A stretch of DNA of 50,549 bases. It comes from Chloroflexota bacterium (lineage in GTDB: Bacteria > Chloroflexota > UBA11872 > VXNJ01). The notes beneath the pieces are model-generated. The model did not search any database. It was not told where the DNA came from and saw only the letters and a program-made list of their open reading frames with translations. Position 1 is the first letter of the stretch, and each line of letters opens with the position of its first letter. Shown here one piece after another: positions 1-9,528 of this stretch. The position numbers and the translations under genes are program-made. The stretch spans positions 1-50,549 of the forward strand of contig CAUYYU010000001.1 of NCBI GenBank assembly GCA_963577415.1, given 5' to 3'.

Positions 1-17
1 GGTTCAGGGCGATAGGA

Positions 18-623
18 TCACCGAGAGTAAGGCAGTTTCCAGGTCCCGGGCGGTGCCCTCGGCGATGTCACCTGAGGGGGCGCGCTGATGCCGAGATCTT
101 TTCCCCTATCGAATACCTGGATCACCGCTTCGGTAGGCTGCCCGTCGGCGCCTTCGCGAGGGAAGACCAACGCGACAATATCGTAGGTGGACTTGTCCAC
201 GAGAATCTTGCGGACTTGCCCGCCCGGGCGCTCGAGGATTGCACACTGCCCGGTCCGGCAGGTGGTTTCGCCGGTGAGCGACCACTCTTCGAGACGACCG
301 GCAGCGGGTCCGAGGAAGATGTTGATGTCAAAGTTGCCGAAGTCGCCGAGAAGGCCGCCGGAGACTTCGTCGGCGGGGAGTTTCATCCAGCGGGATTCGC
401 GACCATCGATGATTGTGCGGAAATAGAAAACCGGGCCGACGGTTCTGGCCTGAATGATGGATTCGTCTCCGCCATTCCAGACAGTCAGGGAGATGTCAAT
501 CCTGACTGAGCGGCCGGTGCCCCGCGCGACCGACCATTCGGAGGTGTAATCGGTGGAGCCACCGTAGGCGGCGAGAGCGGCGGCGAGGAGCAAGGTGAAG
601 AGCAGGGCCAGGGGGCGTTTCAT
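18..623 (-). CDS. secreted hypothetical protein
   Basis: ATG start. The N-terminus MKRPLALLFTLLLAAALAAYGG looks like a Sec signal peptide with no lipobox Cys. No family recognised. Ends in TGA. Confidence 0.6.
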   Translation of the reverse strand: MKRPLALLFTLLLAAALAAYGGSTDYTSEWSVARGTGRSVRIDISLTVWNGGDESIIQARTVGPVFYFRTIIDGRESRWMKLPADEVSGGLLGDFGNFDINIFLGPAAGRLEEWSLTGETTCRTGQCAILERPGGQVRKILVDKSTYDIVALVFPREGADGQPTEAVIQVFDRGKDLGISAPPQVTSPRAPPGTWKLPYSR

Positions 624-810
624 GGGCCGATTTCAGCGAAGGGTCCCGGCGCGGCGTTCGGGACCTTAGACAGGGCTGTTGGAGGTAGTTCGTCTGCTGG
701 TTAAGGCGGCACTGCCGGCCGGGATGCCGGATCTCGGCGATGGTCGGTCATTAAAAGTGGAGATCTGGCGGGCCACTCGGCGGCGGTCATTCCGTGACGC
801 CGGTTCGAGT

Positions 811-1962
811 CTATGCCCAGGGCGCAATGACGACTTTGGTGCTTTCGGGTTGCTGGGAGATGTGGATGGCTTCGGCGGCATCGGCGAGGCCGTATTCGTG
901 GCTGACGATGTCGCGCAGGGGCATGTCGTCCAGGTGCCGCAGCATCATGTCCATCCCCGTGATGTAAGCGGTGACCGGGTGATTCGACAGCCCCAGGATG
1001 CGCAGATTCCCGGCGCAGATCAGGTGCGGATTCACCATCACCTCGCCCATGTCCACGTACATTCCAGACTCGATATAAGTGCCGCCGCGCCGGACCAGCG
1101 AGAGGCCTTCCACGAACGCCTCCGGCCGCCCCGCGCACTCCACCGCCGTGTCCGCGCCCCGACCGTTGGTGTACTGCATCACCAGCTCGCGCCGTTCCGC
1201 CACCGTGGTCTCCGAGACGTCGATCGTGTCGTCGGCGCCGAACTTGCGCGCGACCTCCAGCCGTTCCGCGAACGTGTCCATAACGATGATGCGGTCGGCC
1301 CCCATCATGCGGGCCTTGATCAGGTGCGCCAGTCCCAGCGGACCGACTCCCTGGATGAGTAATGTCCGGCCGAACTGATGCCCGTCCATCAGCGAGCCCG
1401 TCTGCGCCTGGTCCAGCGAGAACGCGCAGGCGAGCAGCTCGGCGAATTGGGCCACCTTCGGAGGCAGGCCGTCTGGCACCAGGTACGTGAACGCGTTGGG
1501 CAGAACATACATGTACTCCGACCATGCCCCGAATAGGTGCGGCGCGACCGACGATGACATCTGGTTGCCGTAGCCCCGCTGGTTCTCGCACCAGGGATAG
1601 CCGTTGAAGTTGCGGCAGGCATAACACTTGCCGCAGGCGACGTCGGGGCAGACGACGACCCGGTCCCCTTCCTTCAGCGGCCGTCCCGCGTATTCCAATC
1701 CCGTCCGCGCCTCGTCGGTGATCTCGGCGACGGTACCGACGAGTTCGTGGCCAGGGATTATCGGAAACGGCGTCGTGCTCTCGGCGGGCGTGCCTTTGTA
1801 CTGGACGGTCTCGCCGCGGAAGGTGTGCTTGTCGGTGCCGCAGATGCCGCAGTACTCGATCTTCAGCAGCATCGCCCCGGGTTCCAGCACCGGCCAGGGG
1901 AACTCCTGCACCTCCATGCTGCCCGGTTTGGTCATCACGGCAGCGCGGATCGTCTCGGCCAT
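811..1962 (-). CDS. Zn-dependent alcohol dehydrogenase (MDR family)
   Basis: Only the C-terminal 383 codons of track ORF 811..2745 look native. Start is ATG at 1960-1962, preceded by GGGAGGGA. Motifs seen: CGICGTDKH, PGHE, CGKCYAC (structural Zn) and GVGPLG (Rossmann). The upstream 261 codons overlap the divergent sulfatase gene and are Arg/Gly/Val-rich noise. Confidence 0.9.
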   Translation of the reverse strand: MAETIRAAVMTKPGSMEVQEFPWPVLEPGAMLLKIEYCGICGTDKHTFRGETVQYKGTPAESTTPFPIIPGHELVGTVAEITDEARTGLEYAGRPLKEGDRVVVCPDVACGKCYACRNFNGYPWCENQRGYGNQMSSSVAPHLFGAWSEYMYVLPNAFTYLVPDGLPPKVAQFAELLACAFSLDQAQTGSLMDGHQFGRTLLIQGVGPLGLAHLIKARMMGADRIIVMDTFAERLEVARKFGADDTIDVSETTVAERRELVMQYTNGRGADTAVECAGRPEAFVEGLSLVRRGGTYIESGMYVDMGEVMVNPHLICAGNLRILGLSNHPVTAYITGMDMMLRHLDDMPLRDIVSHEYGLADAAEAIHISQQPESTKVVIAPWA

Positions 1963-2097
1963 ATGTCCCTCCCGTCTGGACGAGCTAAAGGCACCGGCGG
2001 CGCGGGCCGGCCGGCGCTCGAACTTATAGTAGCGGGACGGTGCGGAAGCCGGAATCGGGTAGGCATTTATGGTCGCGTCACTGAAGAGAAATTGAAA

Positions 2098-3579
2098 GTG
2101 CCGGAGGCACCTAGCATCCTGATGATCGTTTGCGATCAACTCGTGCCTCACCTTACGGGAGCGTACGGTCACTCGGTCGTGCAGACGCCCAATCTCGACC
2201 GGCTGGCGGAGTCTGGAGTCCGCTTCGACAGCGCCTATGCCCCCTGTCCCATCTGCTCGCCGTCGCGCGTCGGCCTCATGACTGGCAACTACCCCTCTCG
2301 CATGGACTGCTACGACAACACCTCGTTCCTGCGCTCCGACCAGCCCACCTTCTGCCACTACCTTTCCGCCGCCGGATACAAGACCGTCCTCTCGGGCAAG
2401 ATGCACTTCATCGGACCCGATCAGCTGCACGGATTCGAGCACTGGCTCACCACCGATATCTTCCCTGCCGATCTCCAATGGCTGCCTCAGCGGACCCCCG
2501 GCGCGGAGTTGCCGGAGCCCGGTCACCACCAGCAAAACGCCATCGCCATCGACTACGTCACCGCCGGCGTGCACCAGTGGAACATGGGGCTGGATCACGA
2601 CGAGGAGGTGCAGGCGAAGGCCCTGGAATACATCCGCCACAAGCGCTCGGACTACGTCGACAGCTTGCAGCGTCCGCTGCCGGAACGGGACGAACGACCG
2701 TTCTTCCTGTGTGTCTCCTACCACCATCCACACGAGCCCTTTCACGTCACGCAGGAACTATGAGACCTGTACGAGGATGCGGAAATCGAGTTGCCGGTTT
2801 ATCCGGACGACATGGAACCGCACACGTACGCGATGGACCGCATGCTGAATCATTTTCACGGCACCTACGGCGCGGACCTGGACGACCGGGAGAAACAGCG
2901 GGATTTGCGGCGGGTTTACTACGGACTGGTGACATACGTCGATCGCAAGGTGGGCGAATTGCTGGCCGAACTGGACAATTGCGGCCTGGCGGAGGACACG
3001 ATCGTGATGTTCCTGAGCGATCACGGGGACATGCTGAGGGAGCGGCGGATGATCCAGAAACGCAGCTTCTACGAGTGGTCGTCGCGGGTGCCGCTGATCT
3101 TCGCCGGGGCGGGGCGGTGGGAGGCGGGGCAGAGGGTGAAGGAGCCGGTTTCGCTAGTTGACATAATGCCGACGCTGCGTGATCTGGTTGGTGTGGAGAC
3201 GGAGTCCGTGACGCCGACCGACGGGCGCACTCTAGTGCCGCTACTTGAGGGTCGATCCGAGCCCGATCGCCACATCTTCTCCGAGTTGCACGCGGAGGGT
3301 GTCCATACAACCTGCGTGTTGGTTCGGCAGGGCGATCTCAAGTACATCCACCCCACCGGGCACCCGGCGCAGCTTTATGATCTGGCTAATGGCCCGGGCG
3401 AGTGGATCAACCTGGCCGGCGACCCGGCGTGTGTCGAGGATGAGCATCGGCTGGCGAATTTCGTCGCCGCAAATTTTGATCTCGACTTGATCGAGCGCAA
3501 TGTCATGGCCAGCCTGCAACGCCGCCAGACCATCAAAGCCGCCAAAGGCGCCACCGGCCTACCCCACTGGGACTACTAG
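2098..3579 (+). pseudogene. choline-sulfatase-like type I sulfatase, interrupted by an in-frame TGA at 2761-2763
   Basis: Track ORFs 1747..2763 and 2791..3579 are in the same frame. Likely start is GTG 2098 (or TTG 2092), giving PSILMIVCDQL. Motifs seen: formylglycine motif CSPSR, HHPHEPF, and SDHGDML in the second part. Reading across the stop gives QEL-TGA-DLYEDAEIELP. Confidence 0.75.
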
Positions 3580-3624
3580 CCGTCCACCGATGCCACTCGC
3601 CAGTACTGGCGGAAGAGTTGAATA

Positions 3625-3894
3625 ATGGTGCGGGACGTAATGTCGAGGGGGGTAGGTAGGGACGTGAAAGTTCTGGAGAAGGACGTGCCGATCGAGGAAG
3701 TGCTCGCGGCGGCCGGGGATCAAACGCGGGGCACCCGAAATACGATCAGAAGCCACAACCCCCATGATCGATGCAGCTTCCCAAGCTCCGAGATCGGGAA
3801 TATCGGGATGCAGATCCCCGGCGAAACGGAAACAGGATCGATCAAGGATCTGTTCGACGGCTTTAAAGCCTGGCTTGAAAGCAGGGCTATCTAG
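3625..3894 (+). CDS. hypothetical small protein (weak call)
   Basis: ATG preceded by GGCGGAAGAG. The first ~30 aa (MVRDVMSRGV..VLEKDVPIEEVL) resemble the start of a CBS domain, but the rest does not. It lies in a lower-GC 580-bp gap. Confidence 0.25.
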   Translation: MVRDVMSRGVGRDVKVLEKDVPIEEVLAAAGDQTRGTRNTIRSHNPHDRCSFPSSEIGNIGMQIPGETETGSIKDLFDGFKAWLESRAI

Positions 3895-4161
3895 AAGGAG
3901 AGGAAGAGGTACTGCGATCGGCTCGACAATATGCGAACCGGACTCTGGCGTGAATGGACAAGGCCCATCATCTCCTGCCCCAGGGATGCAAATCGACGAT
4001 GGCAAGCATCGGTTGACGGCCGCCTACCAGCACTGGAAAGAGACTGGTGCGATTTTTGAGATCGAGATCTACTGGGGGAAGCGCCTTCCTGGGAATGGAG
4101 AAGGTTGAGGCCGGGCCACTGAGTAAAGAAGTCGCGGAGCGACCAGAAAGCCGCCGTGTGG

Positions 4162-5310
4162 CTAGACGTCCGCCACGGAGCCGTCGGGGTGCCAGTTGCT
4201 GCCGATGGGCACGAGGTGGCGGGGATGTTTGGCGATGTAGTCGAAATCGAGCTCGATGCCGAGTCCCGGCCCGGCCGGCAGCTCGAAGTACCCATCCTTC
4301 ACCACCAGCGGCTCCTTCAGCACCTTTTCGAAATTGGGCGTCTTGCGAGCGTATTCCAGGATCAGGAAATTGGGTGTCGCGGCGGCGAAGTGGAGATTGG
4401 CGGCGGTGGCGACGGGCCCGTTGGGATTGTGCGGGGCGACCTGGATGTAGTGGGTCTCGGCGTTGGCGGCAATGCGGCGCAGCTCGGAGATACCGCCGGC
4501 GTAGCAGATGTCGGGCTGGATGATGGGGACGGCGCGGGTCTCGATCAGCTCGCGGAATCCCCAGCGGGTGTAGAGGCGCTCGCCGGTGGCGACGGGGACG
4601 CCGGGGACGGCCCGGGCTACCTCCGTGTAGGCCGGGATGTTGTCGGGCGGGATCAACTCCTCGGCGAAGAAGACGTCGAGGGGTTCGAGTTTCTGGAGGG
4701 CGCGGATGGCCGCCGGGGGCGTGAGCCGGCCGTGAAAATCGATCATCAGGTCCATTTCCGGTCCGACGGCGTCGCGGATTTCGGCAGTCAATTCGGCGGC
4801 GATGTCGGCCAGGTCGAGTTCGGAAATCCGGTTCTTGTCGGCCACCGGACCGTACTTGATTCCGGTGAATCCCTGCTTTTTGGCTTCGACGGCCTGCTCG
4901 ACGGTGGGAGCGGCGAAGTCGCCGCGGACGTAGCAGCGGACGCGATCGCGGACCGGGCCGCCGAGCATCTTGTAGACGGGCAGACCGGCGACTTTGCCGG
5001 CGATGTCCCAGAGGGCCATGTCGATTCCGCTGATGGCGGCACCGAGGACCGGTCCGCCGCGCCAGAAAGGATGGCGGTACATCTGCTGCCAGAGGTGCTC
5101 GACGCGGGTCGGGTCCTGGCCGAGCAAGACTTCACGCAGGTGTTGGATGACGCCGATTACGGCGAGGTCCATGTCGAGCAGGGTGGCGTCGCCGATGCCG
5201 GTGATTCCCTCGTCGGTCTCGACGAGCACGAACGTCCAGTTGCGATTCAGCGGGACCTTGTCGTCCGGCGGTCCGCCCACGTCAACGGTTTTGATGTCGG
5301 TAATCTTCAT
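4162..5310 (-). CDS. enolase-superfamily dehydratase (mandelate racemase/muconate lactonizing family, galactonate-dehydratase-like)
   Basis: 382 aa, MKITDIKT... The pattern GIDMALWDI, DFHGR, EE(L)IPP, ATGE, QPD is typical of the MR/MLE fold. Confidence 0.9.
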   Translation of the reverse strand: MKITDIKTVDVGGPPDDKVPLNRNWTFVLVETDEGITGIGDATLLDMDLAVIGVIQHLREVLLGQDPTRVEHLWQQMYRHPFWRGGPVLGAAISGIDMALWDIAGKVAGLPVYKMLGGPVRDRVRCYVRGDFAAPTVEQAVEAKKQGFTGIKYGPVADKNRISELDLADIAAELTAEIRDAVGPEMDLMIDFHGRLTPPAAIRALQKLEPLDVFFAEELIPPDNIPAYTEVARAVPGVPVATGERLYTRWGFRELIETRAVPIIQPDICYAGGISELRRIAANAETHYIQVAPHNPNGPVATAANLHFAAATPNFLILEYARKTPNFEKVLKEPLVVKDGYFELPAGPGLGIELDFDYIAKHPRHLVPIGSNWHPDGSVADV

Positions 5311-5347
5311 GGTTGAGTTGTGATTTTCGTTGGGGTTGTGGGCCGCG

Positions 5348-6214
5348 TTAGCCGAGGGCTTCGGCGATGACGGCGTCGGATTTTACGCGGGATTCGTGGG
5401 CCACTTCCACCGGATCGCCCAGGCGGATTTCCGGATTGAACAGTTCGCACGGGACGATGCCGCTGTACCCGGCGGCGTCCAGGTGCTTGATGAAGTCCAC
5501 CAGCGGCAGGATGCCGTCGCCGGGCATTACCCGTTCGGCGTCGGTGAAGTTGCTGTGGTCGCCCGGCGACGAGTCGTTGATGTGCGCGGCGAAGACCTTG
5601 CCCTTCGCCAGGCGGTCGATTACCTCTGGCTCCTCGCCCGCGCAATACAGGTGATAGCTGTCGACCAGCACGCCCAGATTGTCCTTGCCGGCGGCGTCCA
5701 CGATGCGCATGGCGCCCTCGACGCCGGTGACGAATGGGTGCGGCTGGTCGGGCATGAGGTTGGGTCCGCAGAACTCGATGGAGACCACGACGCCGTGTCC
5801 GGCGGCTGTGTCCGCGAGGGCGCTGAAGTTGTGGACGGCTAGGTCCATCGCTTCGTCCTCTGGTATCGGCCAGCGATTGGGCGTGAAGACCATGAGCCCG
5901 AGCACGTTGCCGTAACCAAATCCGGCGGCGTATTCGCAGAGCTTTTCGAACGCCGGCAGGCCAGCTTTGTATTCATCGGCGGGCAACGTGATTCCCGGCG
6001 CCCCGCCCCAGCCGTCCGGCGCCAGATCCCGGCTTTTCAAATAATCGGCGGCCGCGCCGGCTCCGTGCTTTTCGTCGTATTCCACCGCCCCGGAGATGTC
6101 GAAGGCGGTGTGACGAAAGCCGGCGTCGTGGGCGACCTGGCTGCGTTCCTCGAAGCTCAACCCCTGCTTGATGGTGGCGGAATGGAAACCGGCGTACATG
6201 GAGAGAGCGGGCAT
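5348..6214 (-). CDS. sugar phosphate isomerase/epimerase (xylose isomerase-like TIM barrel)
   Basis: Start moved to ATG 6212-6214, which has GGAGG 6 nt upstream (MPALSMYAGFH...). The composition and length fit the AP-endonuclease-2/xylose-isomerase-like TIM-barrel family. Confidence 0.85.
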   Translation of the reverse strand: MPALSMYAGFHSATIKQGLSFEERSQVAHDAGFRHTAFDISGAVEYDEKHGAGAAADYLKSRDLAPDGWGGAPGITLPADEYKAGLPAFEKLCEYAAGFGYGNVLGLMVFTPNRWPIPEDEAMDLAVHNFSALADTAAGHGVVVSIEFCGPNLMPDQPHPFVTGVEGAMRIVDAAGKDNLGVLVDSYHLYCAGEEPEVIDRLAKGKVFAAHINDSSPGDHSNFTDAERVMPGDGILPLVDFIKHLDAAGYSGIVPCELFNPEIRLGDPVEVAHESRVKSDAVIAEALG

Positions 6215-6271
6215 CAGGGTCCTCCGCGATTCCGGTCGGAGCCGGTTTGATGAGCGGCGCACGGTTGGATT

Positions 6272-6381
6272 CTAGGCTTTGGAGGATTCCGGCGCAGGCG
6301 CGCGCGGCAGGACGGCCAGGACCAACGGATCCAGGACGATGCATCCGGCGTAGACCCAGGCGAGGCTGACGACGGCGGCCA
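6272..6381 (-). pseudogene. relic of an MFS transporter 3' end
   Basis: The minus strand reads AAVVSLAWVYAGCIVLDPLVLAVLPRAPAPESSKA-TAG. This is a diverged copy of the last helix of the adjacent MFS gene (VVSLAWVYAGCILLALLVLAVLPRAP). At nucleotide level, 6297-6381 matches 6455-6539 with a few mismatches. Confidence 0.5.
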
Positions 6382-6429
6382 GAGCGCAAGATCGGGTAAA
6401 GGGGAGCCCGCGCGACGCCGCGTTGGCCG

Positions 6430-7620
6430 CTAATCCCTAGCGGAATTCAGTATCGGCGCGCGCGGCAGGACAGCCAGGACCAACAGAGCCAGGAGGATGC
6501 ATCCGGCGTAGACCCAGGCGAGGCTGACGACGGCGGCCATAGCGAAGGCCAGCATGGGGGCTAGGGCGCTGCCGACGTCGCGGGCGGTGGCGAAGGAGCT
6601 CATGCGGGCGCGCCAGTCGCCGCCTCCGGCAAGGTCGGCGGCCCAGGTTTCCAGGACGATGTACATGCCGGCGGCCGCGATGTAGATGAGGACCGCTCCC
6701 AGAGCCAGCAGCCCGAGGGGAAGCTCGATGATGAGAAGCAGCAGGCCGGCGACGGTGAGAGCGCTGGCGATGGCGGCGACGGGCCGGCGGCCGAGGCGGT
6801 CGGAGATGGCGCCGAAGATCGGCGAGATGATGATGTCGGCGGCGAACTTGGTGGCGATGAACGCGCCGGCGACCGCGGCGATTCCGATGGTGGCGTCACC
6901 GAGCATGAGGGTATCGCCGTAGCGTCGATAGAGCAGCAGGCCGATGGTGGCGACGGCGGCGCCGGGGCTGATGAAGGCGCTGAGGAGGACGGCGGCGTTA
7001 ATCCGGTTAAACGGCGTCCAGGCGAGTTCGAAGCGCAGCGGTGGGGTGGGGTCCGGGGGTGGGGCCGGCTCGGGTCGGAGACGCTCACCGAAGCGGACGG
7101 CCAGCAGCAGGCCGAGCAGGCCGGCCAGGCCGAAGGCGATGGCGGTGGCGCGAAAGCCGATGACGCCGGCCAGGATGCCGCCGAGCAAGACCGCCACCAG
7201 ACTGCCGGTGCGGGAGATGGCCTGGTAAAGGCCCATCAGGCGGCCGCGGTCGGTGGGGGTGGACTCTTGGATGATGCCGGCGTAGCAGCCGAGTCGCAGC
7301 AGGGAGAAGCTGGCTCCCCAGGCGAGGCGGGCGGGGATGAGTGCGCCGAGGTACGGGAACAGGCCGTAGCTGAGGGTGGAGCCCACCGCCAGAATGGAGC
7401 CGATCGTAAAGCCGGCTCGGGTACCGATGCGCCGGAAGACCCCGGCGGCGCCGAAGTTGGTGGCGATGCGGACCCAGCGATTGATGGAGAGAATCACCCC
7501 GACGCCGGCGACGGGAATGCCCAGGGAGGCGGCGTGGGCGGGGAGGACGGCGTAGAGCATGGAATCACCGAGAATCGCGAGCGCCATGGTGGCGGAGAGG
7601 GCGGCTACCAGGATCGGCAA
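6430..7620 (-). CDS. MFS transporter
   Basis: 396 aa with about 12 hydrophobic segments. TTG start has GGAGG 5 nt upstream. Confidence 0.85.
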   Translation of the reverse strand: MPILVAALSATMALAILGDSMLYAVLPAHAASLGIPVAGVGVILSINRWVRIATNFGAAGVFRRIGTRAGFTIGSILAVGSTLSYGLFPYLGALIPARLAWGASFSLLRLGCYAGIIQESTPTDRGRLMGLYQAISRTGSLVAVLLGGILAGVIGFRATAIAFGLAGLLGLLLAVRFGERLRPEPAPPPDPTPPLRFELAWTPFNRINAAVLLSAFISPGAAVATIGLLLYRRYGDTLMLGDATIGIAAVAGAFIATKFAADIIISPIFGAISDRLGRRPVAAIASALTVAGLLLLIIELPLGLLALGAVLIYIAAAGMYIVLETWAADLAGGGDWRARMSSFATARDVGSALAPMLAFAMAAVVSLAWVYAGCILLALLVLAVLPRAPILNSARD

Positions 7621-7699
7621 AGGGGGCCTCCGGCCCGTTTGTTGGTGGGTTGTTGGGATTGGCGCCGGCCGGGAGGGCAGCAGCGACCAGGTGCGATTC

Positions 7700-7707
7700 T
7701 ATATAAT
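7700..7707. promoter_or_regulatory. candidate -10 element (TATATAAT) in a divergent intergenic region
   Basis: This is the only AT-rich octamer in the 135-bp spacer between the MFS gene (-) and gatC (+). No convincing -35 element was found. Confidence 0.25.
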
Positions 7708-7755
7708 TCGCTGCCTCTCGCCGGTCGATGGCGACCTCTCTCCAGGAGCGTCAAA

Positions 7756-8046
7756 TTGCTGGACCCCAAACAGGTCGACCACGTGGCCATGCTGGCGCGC
7801 TTGGGCTTGAGTGACGAAGAAAAGCAGACGATGCTGACGCAGCTTTCGCAGATTCTGGAGCACTTTCAGGTCTTGGCAGCGCTGGACACCCACGATGTCG
7901 AGCCCGCGGCCCAGGTCATTCCGCTGGCCAACACGATGCGGGAAGACGTGGTTGAGGACTCGCTCCCGCCGGCCGCGGTGCTGGCCAACGCGCCACGGGT
8001 CGAGGCCGGACACATAGCCGTCCCTGCCGTCCTCCCCGACGACTAG
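7756..8046 (+). CDS. gatC: Asp/Glu-tRNA amidotransferase subunit C
   Basis: Last 96 codons of track ORF 7267..8046. TTG start at 7756 has AGGAG 7 nt upstream. The sequence LLDPKQVDHVAMLARLGLSDEE...VPAVLPDD has the typical GatC layout and sits directly upstream of gatA and gatB. Confidence 0.85.
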   Translation: MLDPKQVDHVAMLARLGLSDEEKQTMLTQLSQILEHFQVLAALDTHDVEPAAQVIPLANTMREDVVEDSLPPAAVLANAPRVEAGHIAVPAVLPDD

Positions 8047-8109
8047 ACCGTTCGGAGCCCCCCGATCGCCCCTATCTGGAATACCACTGCCCATGCCGCC
8101 GCCGAGGCC

Positions 8110-9528
8110 ATGCGTGCCGGCGAGTACACCTCGGTCGAGTTGACGGCCGCCGTGTTGGAGCGGGTCGCGGCGGTGGATGCGGACATCGGGGCGTACCTCA
8201 CTCTTACGGCCGAGGAAGCCCTGGCGCAGGCCGCCGTCGCCGACCGGCGCATCCAGGCCGGCGACGCGCCGCCTCTCTGCGGAATCCCCATCGCGCTCAA
8301 GGACCTGCTATCCACCGCCGGGGTGCGGACTACCTGCGCCAGCCGGATTCTGGAGAATTTCGTCCCGCCCTACGACGCGACGGTGGTGAGGACGTTGCAG
8401 GACGCGGGCGCGGTGGTGATCGGCAAGACCAACATGGACGAGTTCGCCATGGGATCGTCCAACGAGAACTCGGCGTTCTACCCGGTGCTGAATCCCTGGG
8501 ACCTGCGGCGGGTGCCGGGCGGGTCAAGCGGCGGATCGGCGGCGGCGGTGGCGGCGGACGAGTGCCTGCTGGCGCTGGGCAGCGACACCGGTGGCTCCAT
8601 CCGGCAGCCGGCGTCCTTCTGCGGCGTGGTCGGGCTCAAGCCCACGTACGGCCGGGTTTCGCGATACGGACTGGTGGCCTTCGCCTCGTCGCTGGATCAG
8701 ATCGGCCCGCTGGCCAAGGACGTGACCGACGCTGCCTTGATGCTGCAGGCGATAGCCAGTCACGACCCGAGGGATTCCACCTCGATCCCCGAGGCGCCGC
8801 CGAACTTCCTGGCGACATTGAATGACGGGATAAAAGGGCTGAAGGTCGGCGTGCCGGCGGAGTACTTCATCGAAGGAATCGAGCCGGAGGTCGAGCGCAC
8901 CGTACGGGCGGCGATCGAGCGTCTGGCGGGTCTCGGAGCGGAGATCGTGGATATCTCGCTGCCGCACACCGAGTACGCGCTGGCGACGTATTACATCATC
9001 GCCCCGGCGGAGGCCAGCGCCAACCTGGCCCGCTACAACGGCGTGAAATACGGCTACGCCGATCTGGACGCGGACGACGTGGACGACTTGATGATAAACA
9101 GCCGCGGGACCGGTTTCGGCGAGGAGGTCAAGCGGCGGATCATGCTAGGTACCTATGCCCTGTCCAGCGGCTACTACGACGCCTACTACAAGAAGGCGCA
9201 GCAGGTCCGCACGCTGATCAAGGGGGATTTTGACGCCGCGTTTGAAAGCGTGGATGTGATCGTCACCCCCACCAGCCCAACCGTGGCGTTCGAGTTGGGC
9301 GACCGTACCGACGATCCGTTAGCGATGTACCTATCGGATGTCATGACCATCCCGGCGAACATGGCCGGATTGCCCGGGATATCGATTCCGGCGGGATTCG
9401 CGGACGGCCTGCCGGTGGGGGTGCAACTCATGGCGCCGCCGCTGGCCGAGGCCGGTCTGTTGCGCGCGGCCCGCGCGTTGGAACGGGAACTAGACGTGGA
9501 CGCGAACGCCCCGGCGAAGGTGGTGTGA
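8110..9528 (+). CDS. gatA: Asp/Glu-tRNA amidotransferase subunit A
   Basis: Amidase signature [12 protein letters not shown] and [10 protein letters not shown]. The first ATG is at 8110, but the homologous N-terminal helix appears to begin upstream (see finding). A possible ATC start at 8065 follows GGAG. Confidence 0.93.
   Translation: MRAGEYTSVELTAAVLERVAAVDADIGAYLTLTAEEALAQAAVADRRIQAGDAPPLCGIPIALKDLLSTAGVRTTCASRILENFVPPYDATVVRTLQDAGAVVIGKTNMDEFAMGSSNENSAFYPVLNPWDLRRVPGGSSGGSAAAVAADECLLALGSDTGGSIRQPASFCGVVGLKPTYGRVSRYGLVAFASSLDQIGPLAKDVTDAALMLQAIASHDPRDSTSIPEAPPNFLATLNDGIKGLKVGVPAEYFIEGIEPEVERTVRAAIERLAGLGAEIVDISLPHTEYALATYYIIAPAEASANLARYNGVKYGYADLDADDVDDLMINSRGTGFGEEVKRRIMLGTYALSSGYYDAYYKKAQQVRTLIKGDFDAAFESVDVIVTPTSPTVAFELGDRTDDPLAMYLSDVMTIPANMAGLPGISIPAGFADGLPVGVQLMAPPLAEAGLLRAARALERELDVDANAPAKVV

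Noticed and set aside
802-811. tRNA T-loop-like string GGTTCGAGTC.
   Set aside because: The flanking bases cannot form a T-stem or an acceptor stem. The string straddles the stop codon of the alcohol dehydrogenase gene.
811-2745. The 644-aa ORF taken as a single large protein.
   Set aside because: Only the C-terminal 383 aa match the dehydrogenase family, and they have their own SD and ATG. The N-terminal extension overlaps the divergent sulfatase gene and the intergenic promoter.
2761-2763. Global TGA=Trp recoding (genetic code 4/25-like) or selenocysteine at the sulfatase TGA.
   Set aside because: Fifteen well-delimited genes end at TGA at their expected C-termini, including gatA, gatB, pgi, gnd and glpK. 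I saw no SECIS-like hairpin at the proper distance. The aligned family residue is Trp, not Cys.
7267-7755. N-terminal 163 codons of the 259-aa ORF that contains gatC.
   Set aside because: This part is antisense to the MFS gene and Gly/Ala/Glu-rich. GatC family proteins are about 95 aa, and a TTG with AGGAG sits at the expected position.
8044-8046. TAG read-through fusing gatC to gatA (same frame), and likewise NIL to the deacetylase (TAG 43342-43344, same frame), suggesting TAG reassignment.
   Set aside because: TAG terminates about half of the confidently delimited genes here, at family-typical C-termini. Same-frame neighbours are expected one time in three. The deacetylase case is better explained by the 8-bp duplication.
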